The position numbers were made by a program, and so were the translations under genes. Positions 1-8,875 of a stretch of 62,710 bases of DNA are shown piece by piece. The notes beneath the pieces were generated by a model that was not told the origin of the DNA, searched no databases, and saw only the letters and a list, made by a program, of their open reading frames with translations. Source of the stretch: a virus (Duplodnaviria; Caudoviricetes); IMG/VR virus record IMGVR_UViG_3300021437_000018, positions 1 to 62,710 of that record. One strand, given 5' to 3'. How positions within the stretch are numbered: position 1 is the stretch's first letter; every line of letters starts with the position of its first letter.

Positions 1-2
1 CT

Positions 3-152
3 TTCATCCCGATCAATGATGCGGATTGGAAATTCCAGAACGAGCAACGGGAGCGGCAACAGGTCGAAGCGCGGGCGGCCTGCGGTGGCCTGCCTGACGA
101 GCCCGACGACGGTGGCGCCCGAGGGGCCGCCGGCAAACCCTATCGATTTTGA
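3..152 (+). CDS. 3' end of a hypothetical protein, truncated by the window start
   Basis: Open frame from the window edge (FIPINDADWKFQNEQ...GKPYRF) to TGA 150-152, followed by an SD and the next gene. Confidence 0.5.
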   Translation, partial: FIPINDADWKFQNEQRERQQVEARAACGGLPDEPDDGGARGAAGKPYRF

Positions 153-175
153 CCAGCACGAAGGAAAATCAACCA

Positions 176-418
176 ATGGCGCTACCTACTGGATCCGATA
201 ACACTGGCCGCAACAAGTCTCACGTCGAAATGGACCCCGACGCTCGCCCTGCTGGGGCCCTTTCGCCCCTCGAGACCGAGCTGCCGGTAGCAGGGACGTT
301 CGGCACCCCTGCAAGCCTCGGCGGCTACAGCCCCAACCCAAACCGTTCGGCGCAGCAGACCAGCACCGAGCAGGGAATGAACGTGGGCCAGCTGTCACCG
401 ACGGGGATCCGTCGGTAA
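176..418 (+). CDS. small hypothetical protein (possible virion protein)
   Basis: AAGGA SD before ATG176; Pro/Gly/Ser-rich 80 aa; lies in the head module. Confidence 0.55.
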   Translation: MALPTGSDNTGRNKSHVEMDPDARPAGALSPLETELPVAGTFGTPASLGGYSPNPNRSAQQTSTEQGMNVGQLSPTGIRR

Positions 419-521
419 GCGGCCTCATTAGATTCCGCGGGGAAACCCGCAACGACGGCCCAGGGGAAAGGCTCCCCCCTGGAGACGTTGAGGTATGCGG
501 GGCCTGTTCGGAAAATACCCA

Positions 522-1151
522 ATGCGCTCGCTAAAAGACCTATTCAACGCACTTTCTCTCAATCTCTTGGCCCCTGCGGCTTCCGCGGCAAACCTTGGGA
601 CTCTGCTCACTCTGAGCCCGATCTCGGTCAATCTGACCTCGGCCACGTCGAGTAAATTCACTCTGCCCGCCAACGCCAAGGCAGCGGTCATTCTGGCGGC
701 TTACGTGACCGCCGGCAGCGTGACCGGCAAGTGCACTCCGGTGATTGGAGCATCTCCTGCCACTCACGAGGTGACGATCACTCCGACTGGGGACATTCTC
801 TTCAACAACGCGACCGACGCAGTGACCGCTTGCCAGGTGACCTATATCGCCGAGGAAGGAGAGGTAATTACCGAGACCATTTCCCTGGCCTCAAATACTG
901 GTGCTTTTCTCAACTCCCGTCAAAGCCGAGTACTCCTGGCCGTCACTTGCACGGCTGGCACTCGCACAGGGGCCTCTACGGTGGTGGCGCAAGGCAGTAC
1001 TCCCACCACGGGCAATGCGGCCCTGAGCGCTGACGGAAAGAGCCTGGTAACTCCCGCTGCGGACGCCGTGACTCAGGCGATTGTGACGTACGTCGCTTTC
1101 CCCGCCGCTGGCGTCGCGTCAGCGCTCAAGACTGCGAGCCAGAGTTACTAG
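522..1151 (+). CDS. putative head decoration/structural protein
   Basis: Ala/Thr/Gly/Val-rich with beta-like composition; directly upstream of the scaffold gene. Positional inference. Confidence 0.5.
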   Translation: MRSLKDLFNALSLNLLAPAASAANLGTLLTLSPISVNLTSATSSKFTLPANAKAAVILAAYVTAGSVTGKCTPVIGASPATHEVTITPTGDILFNNATDAVTACQVTYIAEEGEVITETISLASNTGAFLNSRQSRVLLAVTCTAGTRTGASTVVAQGSTPTTGNAALSADGKSLVTPAADAVTQAIVTYVAFPAAGVASALKTASQSY

Positions 1152-1172
1152 CCCCGACTCCGTATTGCACTC

Positions 1173-1204
1173 AGTGCCTCCTGGGATTACGCTCAGGGGG
1201 CACT
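1173..1204 (+). terminator. strong hairpin (terminator or processing site)
   Basis: AGTGCCTCCTGGG-attacg-CTCAGGGGGCACT, a 13-bp stem with GU pairs, just after the stop at 1151. Confidence 0.45.
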
Positions 1205-1270
1205 AGTGTTTCTGGTGCAACGCAACGGGAGCGGGAAATCCCGGGACAGAAACGCAGAAAGACAATTCGC

Positions 1271-1978
1271 ATGGCAGGACTACTATTCGCTCTCGCATGC
1301 ATGACGGCTGTTCTGGCGCCAGTTGATGAAGATGGCCTCCCGCCAGGGGGTGGAACGCCACCTCCGGCCCCGCCGGCAGCACCCTTCGCGGTGTTTGAGA
1401 CGAGCGACGCGCTCAATAAGCGTCTGGCCCAGGCGACTCGCTCGGAGCTCCGGAAGGAATTTGGGACCGACGACTTGGCAGTCATCAAAGCTAGGATGGC
1501 CAGGGCCGACGAACTCGAGAAGCAAGAGGAGGAACGCAAGAAGGCGGCGATGACCGAGGCTGATCGGCTAAGGGCAGAGAAGCTGGAAGCTGAGCAGAAG
1601 GCTACGCGAGCAGAGGCGGAGCGCGACCAGGAAAGGCTCCAGCGGCACATTGCCGGCGAATGCGCAGCGAAGGGAATCAAGGCCGTGGACTACGCCTCAT
1701 TTCTGATCGAAAAAGCAACGGACGCCTTGCCGGCAGGGCAGCAACTGGACGTGGCTAAGTTCTTGGACGACCAGCTCGCTGACGAAAGCAAAAAAGCAGC
1801 CTTTGGGATTTCGGTGCCTGCTCCAGTGCCAGTGCCAGATCCAGCTAACACAGTGCCGAAACCAGGTGATCCCCCTCCCCCTCCCCCGAAGCCCGGCGAG
1901 ACCCCTCCTCCAGTCGATGCTATGTCGATGTCCAGTGACGACTGGCAGAGGCACAAGAGCCAGTACGGGATGATTTAG
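1271..1978 (+). CDS. capsid scaffolding protein
   Basis: Pro-rich N-terminus, charged coiled coil (EKQEEERKKAAMTEADRLRAEK), Pro-rich tail ending MSSDDWQRHK; upstream of the MCP. Confidence 0.7.
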   Translation: MAGLLFALACMTAVLAPVDEDGLPPGGGTPPPAPPAAPFAVFETSDALNKRLAQATRSELRKEFGTDDLAVIKARMARADELEKQEEERKKAAMTEADRLRAEKLEAEQKATRAEAERDQERLQRHIAGECAAKGIKAVDYASFLIEKATDALPAGQQLDVAKFLDDQLADESKKAAFGISVPAPVPVPDPANTVPKPGDPPPPPPKPGETPPPVDAMSMSSDDWQRHKSQYGMI

Positions 1979-2083
1979 CTAGCTATCCGCCAATGGGCGT
2001 GCTATGCATTTGAGACCCAAGGGGATGCCGTCATACGAGACCGGGCCCCTTGGGCGCTCCAATAGAGGCAGAAAAAAGGAATC

Positions 2084-2458
2084 ATGAATCCCAGGCCCCG
2101 TCCGACCTATTATCGGAGTTGGCTAAATCCGGGTTTGGGTCCCGTAAGCCCCACTGAAATGCGAGAGCGACACCCAGCATTCATGAGTGCCGCTCAGCGT
2201 GTCCCGCCTCCAAGCAATCCTAGGACGCTCAAGTCGGTTACTCGAGCAGAGGTGCTCGCAATGGAGTTTCGCGGGAATCCGGTGCGGTCATGTAAGACCA
2301 GGGCGTACGAATGCGAGCGGTTGGAGCTCTGTGAAGGTGACTGGATTTGTCGGCACCATGGGAGTCTGCTGACGGTCCACGCCAATAAGGGTCGACTAGT
2401 GCGATTGCTAGAATGCGTGCGAAGCGGGAGAAAGGAAGAAGACGATGGCGAACGATAG
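2084..2458 (+). CDS. hypothetical protein
   Basis: AAAGGA SD; overlaps the next ORF in an operon-like way. Confidence 0.5.
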   Translation: MNPRPRPTYYRSWLNPGLGPVSPTEMRERHPAFMSAAQRVPPPSNPRTLKSVTRAEVLAMEFRGNPVRSCKTRAYECERLELCEGDWICRHHGSLLTVHANKGRLVRLLECVRSGRKEEDDGER

Positions 2459-2825
2459 GAAGACTGAATTGCATGAGGGGTCCATCTGGACATCGGAATC
2501 CATGGTGACCGATAGGGATGGGCAGGTACTGTCGATTGACAGGACGATTGACGGAAGCGTCTGCTTACTGGTTGGGAATGGTCGCGATCTGGAACCAGAA
2601 TGGGCGTATGTCGAAGACGTACATGCTGTTCTGGAGCGCGGCGGTTACTGCCCACATGCGCTCAAGGAGCGAGCAAGGGAAAAGGTTCTGGGACACTGCA
2701 AGGACTGCGTGAGCTGGAAATGGAACATGAATCAAGCAAACGATCCGTGGTGCTCCGACAATGACTCTTGGACCTATCCGGCAGATGGCTCGGGGTTCTG
2801 TTCGCGCTTCGAGGCGAAGCCATGA
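2445..2825 (+). CDS. hypothetical protein with Cys-rich C-terminus
   Basis: CKDC...WC...GFCS motif common in phage accessory proteins; ATGA coupling to the next gene. Confidence 0.6.
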   Translation: MANDRKTELHEGSIWTSESMVTDRDGQVLSIDRTIDGSVCLLVGNGRDLEPEWAYVEDVHAVLERGGYCPHALKERAREKVLGHCKDCVSWKWNMNQANDPWCSDNDSWTYPADGSGFCSRFEAKP

Positions 2826-3307
2826 TTCGCCGACCGTTCTCCTTGTTGCTTCTAGGCTGTTCCGCCTGCGCGTCGAACTCCCACGAATGGCGGCTCGAGG
2901 GGACAGCTGGCAGCGACGAGCGCGCAGCTATCCAAACGTCATTTGGCGAATGGTGCGAGCGCAGCGACGGCAAGCATTGCGACACCATTACGGGTGACGG
3001 CGACTCGAAAATAACCATGGCCTCTACTTGGCACCCCGGAACAATGGGGCAATTATTTGTCGACGTGAGTCAGGATGGATCAACGGCTTCGGCTGAAATT
3101 CGTTTGCGGACGGATCGCGACAAGCCAGATTGGTTGGAACGATTGCGGCGCGTTACCCTGCATGAACTGGGGCATTGGTATCGAGATCGTTCCGGACACC
3201 TGGGCCCGGGGAATGTAATGGCGCCATGTTACGGGGACATTGAGCATTTGACCGATGCGGACTTGACTGACGAATACCAAGACATTGAGGGTTGCGGCGG
3301 TAGCTAG
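2822..3307 (+). CDS. putative lipoprotein, metzincin/matrixin-like Zn metallopeptidase
   Basis: Signal/lipobox MIRRPFSLLLLGC; HELGH-x7-H followed by a Met-turn-like NVMAP. Confidence 0.7.
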   Translation: MIRRPFSLLLLGCSACASNSHEWRLEGTAGSDERAAIQTSFGEWCERSDGKHCDTITGDGDSKITMASTWHPGTMGQLFVDVSQDGSTASAEIRLRTDRDKPDWLERLRRVTLHELGHWYRDRSGHLGPGNVMAPCYGDIEHLTDADLTDEYQDIEGCGGS

Positions 3308-3355
3308 CTAGGGCTATGGTTTGACTCGCTCCATTGGGGCAGAAGGCAGAACGTC

Positions 3356-3883
3356 ATGAAATCGAAAGCAGAAGTATTGGAGTCGTTGCGGTGGCTCGTC
3401 CGAACGTTGTTGGATGGCGGTAAGCACCAGAGAGAGCAAGCATTTGCCATCGTTGCCACCCTGGCAGACGACCTCTGCGACGATCCAACACCAAAGCGCA
3501 CCTTTCCCGCTGCGGCCCCAGTAGCCCCCAAATCATGGTCAGAGGAACGGGAAGCGTTATTGGCTGAGAATAAGCGGCTACGTCTTGGACCAGAATGTGA
3601 ATCATGGCTTTGGGAGGAGTGGGCTCGCACTGTCGTCGGCGGAATCGGTCTGACACCGGATGATCTTTTCGAGCGCACTAAGAAATATGTGGCAACTATT
3701 CTCAAGTTGAACCAAGCGAATGAGCGCACAGCAGTACGAGCCATTAAGGTGTTGACCGACTATCGTCGAGCCATGAAAGAGCGCGGCGAGCTCGGACCAT
3801 TCCATGGTGCTGAAGTTGTTCGAGCGCTCGATTTGTTGAGTCGGATTGAGTGCGAGCAACTGGGGCACAGTTATGACGCCTAG
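3356..3883 (+). CDS. hypothetical protein
   Basis: 175-aa helical ORF with an AGAAGG SD. Confidence 0.6.
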   Translation: MKSKAEVLESLRWLVRTLLDGGKHQREQAFAIVATLADDLCDDPTPKRTFPAAAPVAPKSWSEEREALLAENKRLRLGPECESWLWEEWARTVVGGIGLTPDDLFERTKKYVATILKLNQANERTAVRAIKVLTDYRRAMKERGELGPFHGAEVVRALDLLSRIECEQLGHSYDA

Positions 3884-4115
3884 GTTTCTCTCGCTGGACG
3901 AACTCCCAACCCTCCGAGCTGCCCGGGAGGCGCAATGTTCGGAGGCCTATTTGGCCGCCTGCACCGCCCTAGGCATGGGGCACATCCAGTCGGCAGATCC
4001 GTTGGCACTGCGGCGCCTGGCTCGTTACGTGGCGACAAGGGCACTGAGGACGGTTATAATTCACGAGCCGTACGGGACCAGCTACGAGATTGAGGTCGGG
4101 CGCCCAAAGGCGTAG
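3873..4115 (+). CDS. hypothetical protein
   Basis: Overlaps the previous stop and fills the gap. Confidence 0.5.
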   Translation: MTPRFLSLDELPTLRAAREAQCSEAYLAACTALGMGHIQSADPLALRRLARYVATRALRTVIIHEPYGTSYEIEVGRPKA

Positions 4116-4125
4116 ACTGGCCGGC

Positions 4126-4767
4126 ATGCCCTGCCAGATCCACAATCCGACCCCCGAAGCCATTACCCTATCTGCTCCCCTGCGAGGCGTCCTAGCACGG
4201 GGGCAGTCTTACGTGGTGTCTGCCACGGTTGCGCAGATTGCCGCGCTACTGGGGCCAAGCCCGCTCGAGCTATCGACCCCTGCGATGGTAGTGTCGCCTG
4301 GTGAGGCCGACGATTGGGTGCTGGGGTTTGCGGCTGGGATCACTGACACGCAAATCGCGGACGGCGCAGTGAAGCCGTGGAAGCTATCACTACCCGACGG
4401 CGCCGCCGCGAATAATAGCGGTGAGCTCGGCAACGCGGTGGTGCTCCGTAGGACAATTGCTGCCGGCGCAGGTGGGTCGGCGGATGATGTGACCCTGACC
4501 GAGCATTTGCCGGTTGGGATCGAAATTGTGGACGTGATTCTTCACGTCGGAACAGCTGGCGCTGGTGGCTCCACAGCTACGGTGCGCACGGCTGCAGGCG
4601 GCGGTGGGACGGCACTCTCGAGTGCTCTGTCTACGGCGTCGACAGGTGTCGTACGTTCGGTATTGGCGACGGCAGCGACCGCAGTAAGCGGCGCAGCGCT
4701 CTATTTGAGGCGCTCCGACAATGCTCTCGCGGGCTTCGTTGACATCGTAGCGATCCGGGTAGCGTAG
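4126..4767 (+). CDS. putative capsid decoration/structural protein
   Basis: Gly/Ala/Thr-rich; ITDTQIADGAV motif of the type seen in trimeric virion proteins; immediately upstream of the MCP. Confidence 0.55.
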   Translation: MPCQIHNPTPEAITLSAPLRGVLARGQSYVVSATVAQIAALLGPSPLELSTPAMVVSPGEADDWVLGFAAGITDTQIADGAVKPWKLSLPDGAAANNSGELGNAVVLRRTIAAGAGGSADDVTLTEHLPVGIEIVDVILHVGTAGAGGSTATVRTAAGGGGTALSSALSTASTGVVRSVLATAATAVSGAALYLRRSDNALAGFVDIVAIRVA

Positions 4768-4906
4768 AATTCGTGTTGAACCGGTTGCCCGGGTAGCGTA
4801 GAGTGGAACCCACCAACGCTTCCCGGCCCCGAAATACGCTCACTCTGGCGGCAAATAGAGGATCACGGCGGACGAGGTAGCTCCAACAAAAACGGAGTTT
4901 CCCGCT

Positions 4907-6295
4907 ATGACCCTCTTGATTCCCGGTTTTCCTCAATCCATCGGCGCCTGTGTTCAGGATCGAACGCTTGAACGTATGTTTCACGATGCGGCCTATCCGC
5001 TCTTGCTGTGGCGCGGCGAGGCAGCCCCCGAGAAGTGGGCGGCCAACATCGGAGAAAAGCAGACCTTCACCCGAGTTGGGCTAATAGAAGCGGACACGGA
5101 TCCAATCACGCCCGGCAACGACCCCACGATTGGCAGCTATGCAAAGGAGCAATGGGAGGCAGAGGCAGCCCAATTCGGCAAGACAATCCCGACGCATCTA
5201 CCGACCTCGGTCATTGCAATGGCTCCGACCCTGATGCGGGACACCCAGCAACTCGGCCTCCATGCTGGCTTGACTCTCAATCGTCTGCCGCGCAATCGCA
5301 TCTTGGCGGCCTATGCTGGCGGCGACACCGTCGTGGCTACCGCAGCCCTCGCTGGCGCGCTGGCTATTCGAGTGGCTTCACTGAGTGGCTTCACCCAGCA
5401 AATTCAAGACGGGTTCTTGCGCCCAGTATCCCCGACCAACCCATTGGTAATTTCGTTCAGTACAGCCGAGCCCGCAAACACGGTAACCGGCTTCAGTGCT
5501 GACAATCCCTTGCGCCCCCTGGGGTCTGGTACCTTGATCCTCGGCGCGGCACTGGGCGGCAACGTGGCGCTACGTGTTGGCGTCTTCGCCGCAACTCGCT
5601 CGCGCATTTGGCGAGTCGGTGGCTCCGCGACGGTGGACGGGATTACGACGGCCAACATCCTGACCGCTCAAGAAATCATCAACGCTGTGGCCCTGCTACG
5701 CCAGAACCGCATGCCACCGCACGCTGATGGCACCTACCATTGCCATTTGTCACCAATGGCTGAGGCCCAGCTATTCGGCGATAACGCAATCCAGCGCATG
5801 TATCAGTCTATCCCGGACAACACGCCCTTCCGTGACCTGATTATCGATCGTAAGTTCGGCTGTACTTTCTATCGCAACACTGAGATGCCTTCTGCGACAT
5901 CTACGAACTCGACACTGTGGCAGGCGGACGCGGGTGGTGCGGGTGGTGCGGTGCTGGCGCGAGAAGCAGGCATTGAAATCAGCAATGCGGCTGGCCTCGC
6001 GATTCAACGTACGATAATCACAGCCGGCGGCGTGCTAGTTGAAAAATACATCGACGAATCGGCCTTCATCTCCGAGGCTGGTGTGACTGGCAAGGTTGGC
6101 CAATTCTCCATCGTCAATGGCGGTGTGGCTGTCATGTTGGATCGCATCCGGTTCATCATGGCCGCTCCGCTCGATGCGTTGCAGCAGACAATCCGGCAGT
6201 CCTGGAGTTGGTCGGGCGACTTCCCCTGTCCGAGCGACGCGCTCACCGGGACACAGGCACGCTTCAAAAGAGCCATCGTTCTTGAGCATAGCTGA
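4907..6295 (+). CDS. major capsid protein
   Basis: 462 aa between scaffold and neck genes. HK97-like pattern (LTAQEIINAVALLRQNRMPP..GTYHCHLSP; DALQQTIRQSWSW) with an apparent ~120-aa beta-rich insertion. Confidence 0.8.
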   Translation: MTLLIPGFPQSIGACVQDRTLERMFHDAAYPLLLWRGEAAPEKWAANIGEKQTFTRVGLIEADTDPITPGNDPTIGSYAKEQWEAEAAQFGKTIPTHLPTSVIAMAPTLMRDTQQLGLHAGLTLNRLPRNRILAAYAGGDTVVATAALAGALAIRVASLSGFTQQIQDGFLRPVSPTNPLVISFSTAEPANTVTGFSADNPLRPLGSGTLILGAALGGNVALRVGVFAATRSRIWRVGGSATVDGITTANILTAQEIINAVALLRQNRMPPHADGTYHCHLSPMAEAQLFGDNAIQRMYQSIPDNTPFRDLIIDRKFGCTFYRNTEMPSATSTNSTLWQADAGGAGGAVLAREAGIEISNAAGLAIQRTIITAGGVLVEKYIDESAFISEAGVTGKVGQFSIVNGGVAVMLDRIRFIMAAPLDALQQTIRQSWSWSGDFPCPSDALTGTQARFKRAIVLEHS

Positions 6296-6315
6296 GGACA
6301 TGTTTAGAGCACCCC

Positions 6316-6350
6316 GGACTAGTTGTTTCATTTCCCCTCGCAGCTAGTCC
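6316..6350 (+). terminator. hairpin downstream of the MCP
   Basis: GGACTAGTTG (6316-6325) pairs with CAGCTAGTCC (6341-6350). No clear U-tract. Confidence 0.35.
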
Positions 6351-6411
6351 AGGGATGCTATCTCACTCTTGAATTTGCCTTGAATTGCAACGGACTCAAC
6401 TGGACGAAACT

Positions 6412-7026
6412 ATGGCGACAGAACAGCAGCCCCCGCACCTATTCGATGATGCGTCCGAAGAAGAACTCCTCGGGTTTTCCCATAAGGAGCTGTCCGAGTA
6501 CGCGGTAGATCGTGGCATTGCGTATACGTCGAAAATGAACAAGACGAAGATTGTCGCAGCATTGCTTGAGCTACGAGCGATCGGCGCGTTGCCCAACGAT
6601 GAGGGTTCAGTTGATGATTCAGCTGAGGACGAGGACGAAATTGAGGTAATCACTCCGGACGAGGCACGAAAGTTCGAGAGCGCTTCTGATGCCGCTATCG
6701 ATGATTGGCTTTGCCGTCACCCTGACGCGCGCCAATGCTTGAGAGATTTCGCGGAATCCACGCTCAGCAAGCGACGTGAAGTTAGGCGCAAGGAAGCGGC
6801 GGCCAATGCGATGAAATCGGATCTCGGGTACTACCGGATTACGAAGGGCGGACGTCTTTGCTTGGGTGGCCTTTGGACGATGCTACCGGCAGGCAGCTGC
6901 GTGACCGAGGCGACGCACAATCTTGCTGAGTTGCAGGCTCAGGGATTCGAGCTTGAGCCAGTCCGTGAGGTGCGGGCAATCGAGAACCATGCGGGTATGC
7001 CGGTGATGTCTATTGACGTAGAGTGA
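6412..7026 (+). CDS. hypothetical protein with HeH/Rho-N-like motif
   Basis: ELSEYAVDRGIAYTSKMNKTKIVAALLE resembles the small helical HeH/Rho_N modules found after MCPs; acidic linker. Confidence 0.55.
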   Translation: MATEQQPPHLFDDASEEELLGFSHKELSEYAVDRGIAYTSKMNKTKIVAALLELRAIGALPNDEGSVDDSAEDEDEIEVITPDEARKFESASDAAIDDWLCRHPDARQCLRDFAESTLSKRREVRRKEAAANAMKSDLGYYRITKGGRLCLGGLWTMLPAGSCVTEATHNLAELQAQGFELEPVREVRAIENHAGMPVMSIDVE

Positions 7027-7030
7027 TCCT

Positions 7031-7435
7031 ATGACCTTCGACGCAAACCAGCGGTCACGAATCAAGCACTTCCTGAAGTATCCCGACTGGCAGTCCATGT
7101 CTAACGGGGTACAAATGGGCATGCCCGCTGGTGCGCAGGCGATGTATTTGGTCGAGCAGTCATTTGAGCGCTTGACCTCCGCTGGTGAAGCTTCAGTATT
7201 GAGTGATCTTGAGCAATGTGAGGCATGCGAATGCCAGATTACCGATGCGCGAAAACGCGTCAAAGCCCGGACAATTGGGTCCATTGCAACGAATCGAGAC
7301 GAGCTGACTCAACTCAAACAGGAGTTGGAGGAGTGGAGACAGCGCTTGTCTGACGATTTAGGTGCGCCGATCAATCCTTACACGCTGCAGAACCCATTTG
7401 GGGCCAGTGGCGGAATCAATGCCAGGGTATTCTGA
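7031..7435 (+). CDS. putative head-tail adaptor
   Basis: Helical, 134 aa, first gene of the neck cluster. Confidence 0.55.
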   Translation: MTFDANQRSRIKHFLKYPDWQSMSNGVQMGMPAGAQAMYLVEQSFERLTSAGEASVLSDLEQCEACECQITDARKRVKARTIGSIATNRDELTQLKQELEEWRQRLSDDLGAPINPYTLQNPFGASGGINARVF

Positions 7436-8064
7436 TGAGCGGAAATCCTCGCAATCCGACCCCTAACACTGATTCCAGATTGGCTCCGCTCGAGGATCGG
7501 CGAACGTGTAGGCATGTGCCACTGGAACCGTCGTTCGTTGACGAGATGGGTGAGGTGGCTGACGACATACGACAACTCGCTACAGATTTTGGCGCTCGCC
7601 CATACCGAGTCTTTTGCGTCGTGGTGTCTTGGACGGGGCGAGAGGTTGGCAGAGGGACGCAAGCCGTGTTGGCGGAGACTGAGTTGCTCCCGACGCCTCG
7701 GATCGATCTGACGTCGCTCCGATACGTAGTCACTTCGGGAGGGCGCACCGATGATGGATACACCAAGCTTTATGAAGTCTCTCCGCGCTACACAGAGGAC
7801 GACATTCATTCGCTGTTTTATCGGGACTTGCTTCCCGGTGAGCAAGCATTTGTTGAGGTACGAATGGATGCACGAGACGGGAGACAGCCCGTGCGACACC
7901 GACTCACAGTATCAGGCGTTCCTTTTCGTGACGCAGATGGGTTTCAATGGGTGGTGCCACTCAAAATCCAGCAAGAGGAGCGCAGTCGAGACGGGACACT
8001 TTCGGAGCGTCAGAAAACCACTGCAGTCCATCCACTGACGACTGGAATGCCGGTGGTGCCGTGA
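7435..8064 (+). CDS. putative head closure/head-tail joining protein
   Basis: Position, TGATG coupling and beta-rich sequence. Confidence 0.5.
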   Translation: MSGNPRNPTPNTDSRLAPLEDRRTCRHVPLEPSFVDEMGEVADDIRQLATDFGARPYRVFCVVVSWTGREVGRGTQAVLAETELLPTPRIDLTSLRYVVTSGGRTDDGYTKLYEVSPRYTEDDIHSLFYRDLLPGEQAFVEVRMDARDGRQPVRHRLTVSGVPFRDADGFQWVVPLKIQQEERSRDGTLSERQKTTAVHPLTTGMPVVP

Positions 8065-8741
8065 GTCGCCAGATTACTGTTCGCGACTTCGCGCAGCTGA
8101 CCAAAGACTTGTCGCCCCAAGTCAACGCGGCGTGCATTCGCGGACTACGTTCGGCGGGGCTGCGGGGCGTTGGTGAGGTGGTGCGGCAGATCGACAATGC
8201 CGAGCCCTATCCTGGTGTTGACACGGGGGCCACTCGCCAGTCGGCCATTTGTGAACCTATTCCTGAGGGCGCAGAGCTGAGCGTGAACACGCCACAGGCG
8301 GCCTGGCTAGAGTTCGGCACGCGGCCTCACATGCCCCCGTTGGGGCCGATTCTGACATGGGTAACGCGCAAGTTTGGGCTGGGCATGGGTGGGCGGAGAG
8401 CCAAGAAAATTCGGGCGCGCAAAGCTGGCCCGAAGCCCCCTCCGATGCAGGGCCCGAAGGGGCCACCGAAGCATGGCCCCAAGGCGCCCTCCAAGCAGGG
8501 TCCGCGGCTGTCCAAATTCCACAAGGCGCAGCGGCGCAGCATGAAGCATGCGGCGCAGCAACAGGCGGATGCGGAGAACCTACGTAAAGCGCTGGCCATT
8601 GCGAACAAAGTGCGCTGGAAGATCGCCCACCACGGGACTGCTCCGCGTGGCTACTTCGCCAAGTCCATGGTGACGATCCGCACGAAATACGCACCAAGAG
8701 AAATTCGGCACGAGCTAAAAGCCCTAGAAAAGAGGCTCTGA
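8061..8741 (+). CDS. HK97 gp10-like neck/tail-completion protein with a basic insertion
   Basis: VDTGATRQS, AAWLEFGTRPH and HGTAPRGYF motifs of the gp10-like family. Confidence 0.7.
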   Translation: MSRQITVRDFAQLTKDLSPQVNAACIRGLRSAGLRGVGEVVRQIDNAEPYPGVDTGATRQSAICEPIPEGAELSVNTPQAAWLEFGTRPHMPPLGPILTWVTRKFGLGMGGRRAKKIRARKAGPKPPPMQGPKGPPKHGPKAPSKQGPRLSKFHKAQRRSMKHAAQQQADAENLRKALAIANKVRWKIAHHGTAPRGYFAKSMVTIRTKYAPREIRHELKALEKRL

Positions 8742-8872
8742 TGGCGTTTGACTCTAAGAAAATCAAGATGGATCCGAAACCGCTCGCGAAGACCAAGGGC
8801 AAGTCGCCCGGAGTAGCCTTGCCGCCTCTGAAGAAGTCCAAAATCGACCCCAAGAAGATCAAGGGGTTCTGA
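8741..8872 (+). CDS. 43-aa Lys-rich peptide (absent from the ORF track)
   Basis: MAFDSKKIKMDPKPLAKTKGKSPGVALPPLKKSKIDPKKIKGF; TGATG coupling upstream and 3 nt to the next ATG. Confidence 0.6.
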   Translation: MAFDSKKIKMDPKPLAKTKGKSPGVALPPLKKSKIDPKKIKGF

Positions 8873-8875
8873 TCG

